From Bacteroidales bacterium (GTDB lineage Bacteria; Bacteroidota; Bacteroidia; Bacteroidales; UBA10428), in assembly GCA_035913795.1 (NCBI GenBank), contig JAMIIA010000116.1, positions 1,095-65,094 of the forward strand: DNA of 64,000 nt, in the 5' to 3' direction. The notes below the pieces were generated by a model. It worked only from the letters and a program-made list of their open reading frames with translations. It was not told the origin of the DNA and did no database searches. The translations under genes were made by a program, and so were the position numbers. Positions 1 to 10,519 of the stretch are shown piece after piece. How positions within the stretch are numbered: position 1 is the first letter of the stretch; each line of letters begins with the position of its first letter.

Positions 1-337
1 TTCTGCCTTTCACTTCGAAATAGTTATCGAAAACAGCTGCCACAAAGGCTCCGGAACTTCCCAAACCATAATTGTACGGAATGTTGCTGTTAAACCACAA
101 GCCTCTTTTTATGTCTTTCTCAAGTTGAGAAATTTTAAAAACAAAGGGCAACACACCTTCAAGAGATCGAAGGTGAAATAAAAAACCCTCCCATACCGAA
201 GTGTCTCCATGTGGTTTAAGACTCAGTTTCCCATAAAAAGGATAATAAGGCATAGCCAAAGCATCGAGTCCCATTAGCACCCCGTACTCGCCAAAAAGGA
301 GTATTTTCGAAGGATATTTTCGCCGCGCTATCGCCAT
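1..337 (-). CDS. GHMP-family kinase, N-terminal part (mevalonate kinase-like); the 3' end lies outside the window
   Basis: My own minus-strand translation from the ATG at 335-337 gives MAIARRKYPSKILLFGEYGVLMGLDALAMP...NIPYNYGLGSSGAFVAAVFDNY. It has the GHMP N-terminal 'KILLFGEY' start and the GLGSSGA motif. It is absent from the ORF track because it runs off the window edge. Confidence 0.75.
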   Translation of the reverse strand, partial: MAIARRKYPSKILLFGEYGVLMGLDALAMPYYPFYGKLSLKPHGDTSVWEGFLFHLRSLEGVLPFVFKISQLEKDIKRGLWFNSNIPYNYGLGSSGAFVAAVFDNYFEVKGR

Positions 338-346
338 TAAGCAGTA

Positions 347-1399
347 CTAATTAAATTCATCCAACAACAACTCCGGTCCATTACCAATGCTGTCTAAAAT
401 AAACTTATTGCCAACACAATGTACGGCAAGTTCATTCTCTATAAAAGGTCTTATCAATTCATCTTCCTCGGCAGGAAAAATAACATGGATGTTGGGGCCT
501 GCATCGATGGTAAAACAGATCTTCGCCTGGGTATTTTTTCTAAAATCCCTGATTTTTTGAATAATAAGAAGCGATTCAGGTGCAAGTAGTGTAAACCAAG
601 GCTTGGCTGTCATCATCATGGCATGCAAACTTAATGCTTCATGTTCCAGAATAAAGGCAAAGCTGTCGAAATCACCCTTTCTCATGGCTACAATCAGCTC
701 AGTAAAATTCTTCCGGGCACTTTCGAACCTTGCTTTGGCATAAGGGTGGTCGTTCATGAGGCTATGGCCCAAACTGCTCGAAACTTCTTTCTGGCTGTTA
801 TCAACGATCAGAATCACATCGCGCAAACATTTAAACTGCTTATGCACTGGAATTTTTAGTTCTGTGGCATAAATGTCTGATGTACCCATTAGACTTTCAT
901 GTTGCCCCCATACAGAGAAACCTCGAAATAACGAACGACTGGCACTTCCTGAGCCAATTCGGGCCAATTCCGAAACCCATGTGTAAAAATTATCTTCACC
1001 CTTGGTGCCGAATCTTTGCTCAATACTGCCAAGACATAGAGCCAGGGCACTCAAGGCACTGGCCGAGGAGGCAATTCCAGCAGAATGGGGAAAACTATTG
1101 CTGCTTTCAATGTGCATTTTGAAGTTATCGAGAATACTAAGCTTATCGGAAAGTTTATTCAAAAACTCACCAACTCGAAGCGAGAATTTCTCGTTCCGCT
1201 CACCCTCGAAATAAAAGTCGAAATCGATACCAGGGCCTGCTTTCTTTTCGAAGAGAACAACTTTGGTTTCAGTGAAACACTTGTCGAGGGTCATGCTCAA
1301 TGAAGGATTTTGTGGCAGCTGATTACCATGTTTGCCCCAATATTTTATAAAGGCTATGTTCGAGGGACTTTTCCAGGAAACTTGTGCGATTTCTTTCAC
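347..1399 (-). CDS. mvaD: Diphosphomevalonate decarboxylase
   Basis: 350-aa ORF with 'SPSNIAFIKYWGK' near the N-terminus and the GHMP motif 'SAGIASSASALSALA'. The apparent start is GTG at 1397-1399. Confidence 0.9.
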   Translation of the reverse strand: MKEIAQVSWKSPSNIAFIKYWGKHGNQLPQNPSLSMTLDKCFTETKVVLFEKKAGPGIDFDFYFEGERNEKFSLRVGEFLNKLSDKLSILDNFKMHIESSNSFPHSAGIASSASALSALALCLGSIEQRFGTKGEDNFYTWVSELARIGSGSASRSLFRGFSVWGQHESLMGTSDIYATELKIPVHKQFKCLRDVILIVDNSQKEVSSSLGHSLMNDHPYAKARFESARKNFTELIVAMRKGDFDSFAFILEHEALSLHAMMMTAKPWFTLLAPESLLIIQKIRDFRKNTQAKICFTIDAGPNIHVIFPAEEDELIRPFIENELAVHCVGNKFILDSIGNGPELLLDEFN

Positions 1400-1409
1400 T
1401 GTATTTTTT

Positions 1410-2330
1410 TTAAAGCACTATATCGTTAAAAGGAATAATCACTGAAAGCGAAAATTGTTCAAAATAGCTCTCTACGTAATGCCTGTCGGCTATAGTTGCT
1501 GCAAGTAAAAAATCACCTCCCCAGGCACCCAGTGACTTGATGGCACCATCGAAACCGGTAAATCTACTTTCAGCTACAGGTCTAACATTCAGGAATTTCG
1601 AAACAAGTTTTTCGTGTTCTGAAATTAGCTGTAAAAAAACATCGAACGAGGTGCAATTCAATATTTTTTGTGTGAGGCTACTCATTGCATCTACATCGTT
1701 TAATATTTCCTCAGAAACAGGAACAAACTCAATAAGATGCGACTCTGTACTTTTTTTTTGTCCCGAATACACAAAATAAAGCTTATCCAAAAAATCTTTT
1801 TGAAACTTTACAGGAGTAATCAGGCGATCGGTGGCCGATTTTTTTTTGTAAAGCAATGGCCCTTTTCCCCGGGCACAGGCAATATCGTATCCCGAGCCCT
1901 TCGATACCTTTTGGTGCAATAAAAAAGCATCGATACCGGCCCAGACAGCTATGTTGTTAATTAATGTTGAACTGGTTCCCAGGCCCCAGGCTACAGGAAA
2001 ATCAGCCATAGTATTGACTTCAAACCCTTCACTTTCCCTCAGAAACAAAGGATTCAGATTCTGAGCCGATTGCAAAATACGAATAAGAAATTGGGCTTTA
2101 TCTAAAGAAGAGGTTTTAAGAATACTCCAATTGGAGCAATTCAACTCTGTCTCAAACCAAAGTCCTTCAGGATCTGAAGCTTTCCAGAGGATGATGCCTG
2201 GTATGTTAGTCTGTTTCACCTCCAGTGTTTGCCCATAACGAACAGGGAGAGCAATTGCCTTGGCGCCATACATAACCAGGTATTCGCCTGTTAAGAGTAT
2301 TTTTCCGTTAGAATAATGATAAAAACTCAA
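1410..2330 (-). CDS. GYDIA-family GHMP kinase (candidate phosphomevalonate/mevalonate kinase of the Bacteroidota-type pathway)
   Basis: 306-aa ORF with 'GKILLTGEYLVMYGAKAIALP', 'WGLGTSSTL' and the family-naming string 'GSGYDIACA'. The apparent start is TTG. Confidence 0.8.
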   Translation of the reverse strand: MSFYHYSNGKILLTGEYLVMYGAKAIALPVRYGQTLEVKQTNIPGIILWKASDPEGLWFETELNCSNWSILKTSSLDKAQFLIRILQSAQNLNPLFLRESEGFEVNTMADFPVAWGLGTSSTLINNIAVWAGIDAFLLHQKVSKGSGYDIACARGKGPLLYKKKSATDRLITPVKFQKDFLDKLYFVYSGQKKSTESHLIEFVPVSEEILNDVDAMSSLTQKILNCTSFDVFLQLISEHEKLVSKFLNVRPVAESRFTGFDGAIKSLGAWGGDFLLAATIADRHYVESYFEQFSLSVIIPFNDIVL

Positions 2331-2394
2331 TCTTGTACTTTTATTTTCACCGGTAAACCCGGTTTTCGTTTTTATTAAAGCAGGGCTTTAAGAT

Positions 2395-3696
2395 CTATTT
2401 ATGGCGTAGTTCGCTAATAAATTCTTCTACTGCCGAATGACTAATTGTTTTGCCGGCAAAGAAGTTTTGAGCAAGCTGCTTCTCCTCTTCGGATGCATCG
2501 AAAGCCGCCAATAAATTCGAAAGGTGCATTTTCATGTGTCCTTTCTGTATACCGGTAGTTACCAATGCACTTACAGCAGCATAATTCGATGCCAGTCCAG
2601 CTGCGGCTATCACCTTCATCAACTCATCGGCAGATAAATTGCCTAAGATTTCGAGAGAAAGTTTAGCAAGTGGATGCAAAGAAGTAATGCCTCCCACCGT
2701 TCCGACCTGCATAGGAAATATCGCTTCGAAATGAAACTGGTTACCAGATATCCAGGCCTGAGAAAGGCTTCGGTATTGACCCGATCGTGAGGCATACGCA
2801 TGCCCGTTGGCTTCGATGGCTCTCCAGTCGTTACCAGTGGCCAATGCAACCGAATCGATGCCATTGAAAATACCTTTGTTGTGGGTCACTGCGCGGCTTA
2901 CATCTGCCTGAGCTATTTCAACTGCCTCGACAAAACGATTGGCAAATGCCCTGGCATCATGTCCAGATTTTACTTCGCTGAATGATTCAACCGGGCATTC
3001 AACATAAACCTTCACCGCATTATCGGGAGAATAATTCGAAAGAATTGACATAATAAGCTCAAAGGAAAATCCCTTCGTATCGGCATCGTCGGCTATACAT
3101 ACACTTAGCTCCTGGGCAATATTCTCCAGGCACGAATTCATATAATTGGCTCCCATGGCGTTGACTGTATTGAAGCCTACCTCTATCTGAAAATAGTTGT
3201 TTATCTGGTCAGTTTTATCGATAAGGTTAATCGCCCTAATCCCTCCTCCGCGGCTTGCCATTTTTTGGTTAATTGCTTCTACTGCTGAAAGCAGTCGTGG
3301 TGTCCAGGTATTCAGCTTTTCGAATAGTAAATCAGCAGGGGCTGATGTTTTAAAATGAACATGTCCCTTTTTTAAGTTACCCACAATTTCGCACCTGAAA
3401 CCGCCATGATTGTGCCAAAATCCGGCACTTTTTGCAGCAGCAGCCACCACCGAACTTTCTTCGGTAACAAAGGGTACCATGTATTCTTTATTATCGACAA
3501 AGAAATTTGGAACGACACTATAAGGGAAAGGGAAAATGCTAATGACGTTTTCGCTGAATTGCTCAATTAGACTTTGAACCTCCAGGTTGGTCAGATTGCT
3601 TTGATCAAACAGATCATAGGAACCATGCTTTTTTATCAGATTAAGAATAATGGTTTGCTTTTCTTCCTTTGACAAGCGCGAAAAACCTTTAATCAT
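2395..3696 (-). CDS. mvaA: Hydroxymethylglutaryl-CoA reductase, class II
   Basis: 433-aa ORF with 'SENVIS', 'NAMGANYMN' and 'VGTVGG' motifs and a length typical of class II HMGR. Confidence 0.9.
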   Translation of the reverse strand: MIKGFSRLSKEEKQTIILNLIKKHGSYDLFDQSNLTNLEVQSLIEQFSENVISIFPFPYSVVPNFFVDNKEYMVPFVTEESSVVAAAAKSAGFWHNHGGFRCEIVGNLKKGHVHFKTSAPADLLFEKLNTWTPRLLSAVEAINQKMASRGGGIRAINLIDKTDQINNYFQIEVGFNTVNAMGANYMNSCLENIAQELSVCIADDADTKGFSFELIMSILSNYSPDNAVKVYVECPVESFSEVKSGHDARAFANRFVEAVEIAQADVSRAVTHNKGIFNGIDSVALATGNDWRAIEANGHAYASRSGQYRSLSQAWISGNQFHFEAIFPMQVGTVGGITSLHPLAKLSLEILGNLSADELMKVIAAAGLASNYAAVSALVTTGIQKGHMKMHLSNLLAAFDASEEEKQLAQNFFAGKTISHSAVEEFISELRHK

Positions 3697-4693
3697 GATA
3701 ATTGGTGTTTAAACGCAGGTAAGCCTTGGCAAGTCGAAGTCCTCTGTCTTGTAACTCGATAAAGCGATAAAGCTCTTCGTAGCTTTCCTTCGCATGTTTT
3801 AGCACAGATGAAGCCATGCCATATATCGCCGGTAACTTACTTTTTTCCATCAGATAATACCCATCGAGAAAAGTTTTAATACCTCCTGAAAGAATAATTT
3901 CATTGCAGCGTAAATCGCCTTTTAAAGCCAGTTGATTAATGAAGTCTACCATTTGCACTGCCGACTGTCCGATATAGGCCATGGGCTTGAATGTTTCAAG
4001 CACCTGGTTATCAGCACGGAAAAGTTCGAGTAAAGAGAAATTAGTGCCGCCATAAGCCCCAAATTCTACAGCCTGCAAGGGTAACTGCAACAGGCGCTGG
4101 AGACTTTGAGGGCCCATACCCTGTCCTACTTCTTTTACAATAACCGGGTATTTGGCAACAGACAGCAAAGTCTCGATAACCTCAATGGGGGGCCGTTCAA
4201 TTTTGTTTCCTTCGGGTTGAAACCACTCCTGAAGTGGATTTACATGCACAATAAGCCCATCGGCACTCAGTTTTTCGATGAGTCTTGCTATCTTATCCTG
4301 TTGCTGACCTTGGAGCAACAAATCGACCTGAGCGATGCCCAAATTGGCATATAAAGGTAAATGATCACCAATAAAAGTGCGTACATTAAAATCCTTCAGG
4401 TATGTATCGTCGTCGAGCAGTGCCCTACAGGAGCCAAGCCCCATTCCCATGCCAAAATCTTTGCACACACGGGCAATATTTTCGTTGATGGTGCGGGCCA
4501 TGGCTGTTCCACCTGTCATGGAAGAAACCCATATTGGGCTATTTAATTTCTTACCAAGAAACGAAAACGGTTCTTGCTTAGTGGAGGGATGGGCAGAAAG
4601 GATTGGTTCGTAAAAAAATCGCCTGTCGTGCTCTAACGCGTTGGTTTGAGATTTAAAAGCCAGTTCGATATGATCTTTTTTTCGATCTTCCAT
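3689..4693 (-). CDS. fni: Type 2 isopentenyl-diphosphate delta-isomerase (FMN-dependent)
   Basis: 334-aa ORF with 'RKKDHIEL', 'VSSMTGGT' and 'AYGGTNFS'. It overlaps the HMGR start by 8 nt. Confidence 0.9.
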   Translation of the reverse strand: MEDRKKDHIELAFKSQTNALEHDRRFFYEPILSAHPSTKQEPFSFLGKKLNSPIWVSSMTGGTAMARTINENIARVCKDFGMGMGLGSCRALLDDDTYLKDFNVRTFIGDHLPLYANLGIAQVDLLLQGQQQDKIARLIEKLSADGLIVHVNPLQEWFQPEGNKIERPPIEVIETLLSVAKYPVIVKEVGQGMGPQSLQRLLQLPLQAVEFGAYGGTNFSLLELFRADNQVLETFKPMAYIGQSAVQMVDFINQLALKGDLRCNEIILSGGIKTFLDGYYLMEKSKLPAIYGMASSVLKHAKESYEELYRFIELQDRGLRLAKAYLRLNTNYHD

Positions 4694-4776
4694 GAATGGG
4701 GTTCTTTGAGGGTCACTAAGAGGAATTAGTCAATGTTTGAAGATTGTTATCCCTGTTCAAAATCAAATTCGTCTGT

Positions 4777-5931
4777 TTAATCACTGTCTTTCATAATTTT
4801 TCTCGAAATTACCAGGCGAAGAATTTCTGAGGTGCCCTCGCCGATTTCCAAAAGTTTCTGGTCGCGATAAAAACGCTCTATGTGGTTTTCTTTTAAGAAT
4901 CCATATCCACCAAAAATCTGCATGGCCTCATTTACAATTTCACCGGCAATTTCTGAACAATATAACTTGGCCATGGCTGCCTGTTTACCATATTCTTTGC
5001 CAGAGTCTTTTAGCCAGCATGCGTTATAAAGCGTATTGCGGGCATGTTCTATTTTCATGGCCATATCGGCCAGCTTAAACGAAATAGTTTGAAAATGACT
5101 GATAGGTTTACCAAACTGCATTCGCTTTTTCGAATACGCTTTGGCCATGGCATACGCACCTTCTGCTAAACCAAGACCCATGGCAGCCACCGACAGGCGA
5201 CCTGAATCGAGGGTTTTAAGCATAATCTTGCTTCCTTGCCCGCGACCGCCCAGAAGATTTTCTTCAGACACCTGGCAATTATTAAATTTTAATTCTGCAT
5301 TATTTACCGCCCGCCATAATAGCTTTCCACGCATGACTTTTCCTGTAAAACCAGCTGCGTTGCGATCGACCAGTACAGCCGAGAGCTCCTTTTTATCGTG
5401 AATGGTATCTGTAATTGCCAGAATGGTAATTCCATTGGTAATTTCTGAATAACCATTCGTAATAAATATTTTGTGACCGTTTATATTGAATTTTCCCTGA
5501 GCAATTTCAGCTGTAGTTTCAACGCCCAGCGCATCGGAGCCTGCATTGCGCTCGGTTAATCCAAAAGCCCAAAGGTTTTGTCCCGTGCAAAGCGCAGGCA
5601 GTCGGCTGGCTTTTTGTTTTTCATTGCCAAATTCAAGGATGGGACCCACACCAAGCGAATTATGTGCAGTTAGGCAAGCTGCCACCGAACTGTCAACTCT
5701 GGCAAGCTCTTCCACAACCATAATATAAGAAAGAGTATCTTTTCCCTGACCACCGTATTGCTTGGGCACCTGCATACCAAATACCTTTAGCTCACCGAGC
5801 TTTTTAATAAGATCAACCGGAAATTCTTCGGCCTCGTCGTACTTTGTAATTACAGGTTTTACTTCCTTCTCGGCAAATTCACGAACTAAATTCTTTAATT
5901 TAAGATGTTCGTCGTTAATCAGAATGTTCAT
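4777..5931 (-). CDS. Acyl-CoA dehydrogenase (isovaleryl-CoA dehydrogenase candidate by context)
   Basis: 384-aa ORF with 'GLTERNAGSDA', 'IFITNG' and 'QIFGGYGF...ERFYRD'. It sits 4 nt downstream of the carboxylase alpha gene. Confidence 0.85.
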   Translation of the reverse strand: MNILINDEHLKLKNLVREFAEKEVKPVITKYDEAEEFPVDLIKKLGELKVFGMQVPKQYGGQGKDTLSYIMVVEELARVDSSVAACLTAHNSLGVGPILEFGNEKQKASRLPALCTGQNLWAFGLTERNAGSDALGVETTAEIAQGKFNINGHKIFITNGYSEITNGITILAITDTIHDKKELSAVLVDRNAAGFTGKVMRGKLLWRAVNNAELKFNNCQVSEENLLGGRGQGSKIMLKTLDSGRLSVAAMGLGLAEGAYAMAKAYSKKRMQFGKPISHFQTISFKLADMAMKIEHARNTLYNACWLKDSGKEYGKQAAMAKLYCSEIAGEIVNEAMQIFGGYGFLKENHIERFYRDQKLLEIGEGTSEILRLVISRKIMKDSD

Positions 5932-5935
5932 AAAA

Positions 5936-7915
5936 TTATACAGTTGTATTTATAAGTATAAGGCGCATATTTTCTGCTACCTGATGGCCCTCTTCTACAA
6001 AAATCTGCTCTACTCTACCCTCTGCGGGAGCAAGAATATTATTTTCCGTTTTCATCGACTCAATGGTCATAAGCAAATCGCCATTATGCACTTGGTCTTC
6101 AGGCTTTACCCTAATCGAGAGTATTTTACCAAACAAGGGCGAGAAAACCTGGTTAGAATGGTTACCTTGAGGTTTGCCGTCGAGAAATTTACTTGTTAGT
6201 GCCATGCTGAGTAAATTCTCACTTTGTAATTTACGGGTTTGCCCATTGTAAGAATACCATTCAAAATCGCCTTTACTTGAGGCAGCAAAATTTACGGTAA
6301 ATAATGCGCCATTCACCTGCAGTACCAATGTATCCTCAGCAAGCCTTATCAGGTTAACATCAAAGCTACGATTCTGAAATTCAAATCCAAAACCGTATCT
6401 GCTGGAGTTTAACATTGAAAGAGAAAATTCTTGTTCGTCGACCTTTATTTTAATTCTTCGCAGCAAATTATCAGGGCCAAACCATTTCCAGATATTGCTA
6501 AAATTCTCCTGGCTTTTAGTAAAATGTCTGAAAATAAAAGCAGCAAGGAAAGGATAGACTTCGAGAGTCTCTCGATTCTTAACAATCTGAGCAAGAAAAA
6601 TGGGATGCTGATTCTCAAGAAAAACTGTAGAAACATTATTCTTCCGATAATGCTTATCGAGAACTATCTGCTTTAGGTAATCAATATTTGAAGTGATGCC
6701 GAGTATCACCAACTCCGAAAGTTTCTGGTTTAACAAATCAATCGCTTCATTGCGGCTGACACCATGCACTACCAGCTTTCCGAGTAAGGAATCGAAGTGG
6801 GGAGTAATAGCTGTATTTTGCTCAATATAAGTATCAAAGCGCACGTTGCCAGGCATTTTTAAGAAACCAATTTTTCCTGCCGAAGGCCTGAAATTATTCC
6901 ATGGATCTTCGGCATAAATGCGAGCTTCGATCGAATGCCCTTTCACGTTAAGGTTTTTAAGGGCTTTCGAAAATCCTATGCCAATAGCAATGTTTATCTG
7001 CTCCTCCACTATATCTACCCCAGTAATCATCTCGGTCACAGCATGTTCTACCTGTATGCGAGTGTTCATTTCAAGAAACCAAAAATTCTCGCCACTTACC
7101 AAAAATTCAACGGTGCCGGCACCTGTATAATTCAGTTGGGCAGCAAAACGAACTGCTGCTGCATGAAGCTTTTCCCTTAGTTCGGAGGATATACCTGGTG
7201 CAGGAGCCTCTTCGATTACCTTCTGGTGATTACGCTGCAGGCTGCATTCTCGCTCAAAAAGATGAATTATTTCTCCGTGCTCGTTACCTAAAATCTGTAC
7301 TTCTATGTGACGGGCATTTTCGAGGTAAGGTTCAAGCATCAGCTCATCGTTTCCAAAATACTGCAGGGCTTCGCGTCTGGCCGATTCGATTAGTGATGGA
7401 AAAGAGTGCGCATCGCGGGCAATTTTTAAACCCTTTCCCCCACCACCTGCCACAGCTTTAATTAACACCGGAAAAGTAAGTGACTCGGGGTTTGGCAGGG
7501 CTGAATTATTGAGGCTTTCACCTTCCAGCACTGGCACAAGCGCCTCGCGGGCTACCTGTTTGGCTTTCGATTTCAAACCCATAAGGCGAATAACAGAACT
7601 TGATGGTCCAATGAATTTAATTTTATTTTCTTCACAGGCTTGGGCAAATAAATGATTTTCGGATAAAAATCCATATCCGGGATGAATGGCATCGCAGCCA
7701 GAGTCGATGGCAACCCGTATAAGCTTTTCGATGTTTAAGAAATTGTCGGAAAGTGCTCCTGAACCTAAATCGAACGAAAAATCAGCTTCGCGCACATAGG
7801 ATACATCCTTTTCATCACGATGGTACACTGCCACACTTTCAATCCCTAAGCTCGAAAGCGTTTGGATGATTCGTCTGGCAATGGTGCCTCTGTTTGCGAT
7901 TAATACCCTTTTCAT
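5936..7915 (-). CDS. Biotin-dependent acyl-CoA carboxylase alpha subunit (biotin carboxylase + biotinyl domain; methylcrotonyl-CoA carboxylase alpha by context)
   Basis: 659-aa ORF with N-terminal 'MKRVLIANRG', ATP-grasp 'GGGGKGLKIA', 'EMNTRIQVEH' and a C-terminal biotinyl-lysine context 'IESMKTEN'. Confidence 0.85.
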   Translation of the reverse strand: MKRVLIANRGTIARRIIQTLSSLGIESVAVYHRDEKDVSYVREADFSFDLGSGALSDNFLNIEKLIRVAIDSGCDAIHPGYGFLSENHLFAQACEENKIKFIGPSSSVIRLMGLKSKAKQVAREALVPVLEGESLNNSALPNPESLTFPVLIKAVAGGGGKGLKIARDAHSFPSLIESARREALQYFGNDELMLEPYLENARHIEVQILGNEHGEIIHLFERECSLQRNHQKVIEEAPAPGISSELREKLHAAAVRFAAQLNYTGAGTVEFLVSGENFWFLEMNTRIQVEHAVTEMITGVDIVEEQINIAIGIGFSKALKNLNVKGHSIEARIYAEDPWNNFRPSAGKIGFLKMPGNVRFDTYIEQNTAITPHFDSLLGKLVVHGVSRNEAIDLLNQKLSELVILGITSNIDYLKQIVLDKHYRKNNVSTVFLENQHPIFLAQIVKNRETLEVYPFLAAFIFRHFTKSQENFSNIWKWFGPDNLLRRIKIKVDEQEFSLSMLNSSRYGFGFEFQNRSFDVNLIRLAEDTLVLQVNGALFTVNFAASSKGDFEWYSYNGQTRKLQSENLLSMALTSKFLDGKPQGNHSNQVFSPLFGKILSIRVKPEDQVHNGDLLMTIESMKTENNILAPAEGRVEQIFVEEGHQVAENMRLILINTTV

Positions 7916-8005
7916 ACCCGATTCAGAAATGCATTAATGTTTAGAGCTTTTGCACAAATAACATGAAAAATAACTCATTTGTTCAACCATTGCTCATGGT
8001 TTTGT

Positions 8006-8779
8006 TTAATCTTTTCGAAAAAACTTCGAAAGAAGGTTTTGTGCCTCCCCGGTTTTAATGAGTGAAGCAATCATTTTACTGGCTTCACTGAATTTTTCGG
8101 ACGATACCGTCCCTTGCTCCACCATACGGAACAATTGTTTCATACTTCTTATCGCAGGTCTGGGTTGGGTAAGTAGCAATTCGGTAAGAGTTTGGTAATT
8201 CAGGTCTCGTGTGTCAGCTTTAACTACCTCATCTACCAATGAAATTGATGCGGCATAGTTTTCATCAAAACGTTCGCCGGTAAGAAAAAGCTTTTTAGCT
8301 TTCGAGGGTCCGATGCGCTCCACTACATAGGGTGCAATGGTAGCAGGTACGAGGCCAAGCTTTATTTCGCTAAAGGAAAAGGTGGTTCCGGGAGCACTCA
8401 TTACATAATCGCAAGCCGAAAAAAGGCCTATTCCTCCGCCGTAAACGGTTCCATGAACCATAGCCAGAGTTATCTGTGGCAAATGGTAAAGCATGGAGAT
8501 CATCTTGCCCAATTCAGAAAACTCATCGCTTATTTCTTCTTGCGTCAATTGGCTCATGCTTTGAATCCAATTTAAATCGGCCCCGGCACAAAAGCTCTGG
8601 CCTTTACCCACAAGATTTAAGAGCACCGCATCAGAATTCGTGGCAAGTTCTCCAAATACCTCCTGCAATTCAGCAATTAAAAGCGGATCGAGTGCATTCC
8701 GCTTCTCAGGCCTGTTAAGCTTGAGTATTACAAGGGGTCCGTTGTTAAAAACTTCAAGGGTCTGGTAATTTGTTTTCAT
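8006..8779 (-). CDS. Enoyl-CoA hydratase/crotonase family (methylglutaconyl-CoA hydratase candidate)
   Basis: 257-aa ORF with 'LNRPEKRNAL', 'FCAGADL' and 'HGTVYGGGIGL', sitting between the two carboxylase subunits. Confidence 0.8.
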   Translation of the reverse strand: MKTNYQTLEVFNNGPLVILKLNRPEKRNALDPLLIAELQEVFGELATNSDAVLLNLVGKGQSFCAGADLNWIQSMSQLTQEEISDEFSELGKMISMLYHLPQITLAMVHGTVYGGGIGLFSACDYVMSAPGTTFSFSEIKLGLVPATIAPYVVERIGPSKAKKLFLTGERFDENYAASISLVDEVVKADTRDLNYQTLTELLLTQPRPAIRSMKQLFRMVEQGTVSSEKFSEASKMIASLIKTGEAQNLLSKFFRKD

Positions 8780-8959
8780 TAGAAATAGGTTTGTTCTTTA
8801 ATGGCCTCCTGAAACGGACATGTTACTGAATGAATTAAACGTTTTGTTAAAAACTCAACCTTTACTATCGATTGATGTTGCGGCATTCTCCTTAATGTTT
8901 TTAATATCGAATTTAAACCTGTACACCATGGTATTGAAATACTAGAAGGTAAGAGCCTT

Positions 8960-10519
8960 TTACATTCTAAAAATACCAAAATTGTTTTTGTTTTCTTCCT
9001 TTCTGTAAACCACCGAAAATAACAATCCGAGCACCTTACGTGTATCTATGGGGTCGACAATGCCATCGTCCCAAAGCCTTGATGTGCTGAAATAGACAGA
9101 ACTTTCCTTTTCGAACTGTTTTACCAGGTCATTTCCTTTTGCACCAATGGATTCCAGTACCTGTTGGGCCTGAATACCACCCATTACCGAGATTTTAGAA
9201 TTGGGCCACATTAGCAGAAAGTCGGGATCAAAAGCCCTGCCCGCCATGGCATAGTTGCCGGCACCATAAGAGCCACCAAATACAAGCGTAATTTTTGGAA
9301 TCCGGGCATTGGCCACGGCATGAATCAGCTTGGCACCATCGCGGGCAATTCCTTTGTGCTCATGCGATTTGCCGACAATAAAACCGGTAATGTTTTGAAG
9401 AAATAAAAGAGGTATGTTTCTAAACTCACAAAGCTCAATAAAATGGGCTCCTTTCAGGGCACTCTCAGAATTTAAAAATCCGTTGTTGGCGATAATCCCA
9501 ACATTTTTTCCGTACAAATGTGCAAACCCTGTTATAAGTGTTTTTCCATATTCACTCTTAAATTCATGAAAGTTGCTGCCATCCACAATCCGTATTATTA
9601 TCTCGTAAGCATTGATTGTTTTTTTCGTGTCGGGAGTTATCAGACCATAAAGTTCGTGCAAGGGGTAAACAGGTTCTTCAGCCACGGACTCCAATTTATC
9701 GAGCTTACGGGTATGCAATGTTTCAAAGATATTTCGGCAAAGGCGTATGGCATCAGTATCGCTCTCGGCCAAATAATCAGCCACGCCCGATATTTTTGTA
9801 TGAACCTCGCCACCGCCAAGCTCCTCAGCAGTAACTTCCTCTCCGGTAGCAGCCTTAACAAGTGGTGGCCCACCAATAAAAATGGTGCCCTGGTTACGCA
9901 CAATAATAGTTTCGTCGCTCATGGCTGGAATGTAGGCTCCTCCAGCGGTGCAAGAGCCCATTACAACCGAAATTTGTGGAATACCAGCACCTGACAAACG
10001 CGCCTGGTTAAAAAATATGCGCCCAAAATCGAACCTGTCGGGAAAAACTTCGGCCTGCTGGGGCAAAAAGATGCCTCCAGAATCGACCAGGTATACACAG
10101 GGCAATTGATTCTGCCAGGCTATCTCCTGAGCTCTAATATGTTTTTTAATGGTTTCGCGCACATAAGTGCCACCCTTCACGGTAGCATCGTTAGCTACAA
10201 TTACAGCTGGTTTGCCAGCAATTACGCCGATTCCGGTTACAATACCTGCCGAAGGGAAACTATTGTCGTATTGATCTATAGCCGCTAATGCAGACAATTC
10301 ATAAAAAGGGGTTTGTGGATCAATCAAAAGACTAATCCGTTCGCGAGCCAATAGTTTACCTCGTTGAATATGCTTTTCGATTGAATCAGCATTCGGGTGA
10401 TTCACAGTAGCGCGCAGTCTGGCTTTGTAATCATCTAGAACCTGATTAAAATATTCGTAATTGCTTTTATACTGTTCCGAATTGATATCGAGGGTGCTTT
10501 CAATTTCTCTGTAACTCAT
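8960..10519 (-). CDS. Acyl-CoA carboxylase carboxyltransferase (beta) subunit (methylcrotonyl-CoA carboxylase beta candidate)
   Basis: 519-aa ORF with 'VDSGGIFLP', '[17 protein letters not shown]' and a duplicated carboxyltransferase layout. Confidence 0.85.
   Translation of the reverse strand: MSYREIESTLDINSEQYKSNYEYFNQVLDDYKARLRATVNHPNADSIEKHIQRGKLLARERISLLIDPQTPFYELSALAAIDQYDNSFPSAGIVTGIGVIAGKPAVIVANDATVKGGTYVRETIKKHIRAQEIAWQNQLPCVYLVDSGGIFLPQQAEVFPDRFDFGRIFFNQARLSGAGIPQISVVMGSCTAGGAYIPAMSDETIIVRNQGTIFIGGPPLVKAATGEEVTAEELGGGEVHTKISGVADYLAESDTDAIRLCRNIFETLHTRKLDKLESVAEEPVYPLHELYGLITPDTKKTINAYEIIIRIVDGSNFHEFKSEYGKTLITGFAHLYGKNVGIIANNGFLNSESALKGAHFIELCEFRNIPLLFLQNITGFIVGKSHEHKGIARDGAKLIHAVANARIPKITLVFGGSYGAGNYAMAGRAFDPDFLLMWPNSKISVMGGIQAQQVLESIGAKGNDLVKQFEKESSVYFSTSRLWDDGIVDPIDTRKVLGLLFSVVYRKEENKNNFGIFRM

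Noticed and set aside
5936-6100. Non-canonical biotinylation context 'ESMKTE' instead of 'EAMKM' in the carboxylase alpha subunit
   Set aside because: The target Lys and the flanking hydrophobic pattern are retained. Variation at the +1 position is tolerated in known biotinyl domains, so this is not evidence of an unusual cofactor.
8779-8979. 66-aa minus-strand ORF exactly bridging MCC beta and the crotonase gene (TAATG junction)
   Set aside because: It needs a TTG start that overlaps the MCC beta 3' end. Its sequence ([22 protein letters not shown]…) has no recognisable features. The neat junction may be chance, so I treat the 180-nt gap as intergenic.
9518-9994. 158-aa plus-strand ORF, together with similar long antisense ORFs at 16415-16867, 48429-48956, 57282-57779, 56620-57078, 15767-16123 and 41466-41882
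   Set aside because: All lie fully inside, and antisense to, genes with strong family motifs (MCC beta, mrpD, M49 peptidase, ppdK, YidE-type transporter). Their translations are low-complexity or motif-free. They are typical shadow ORFs.
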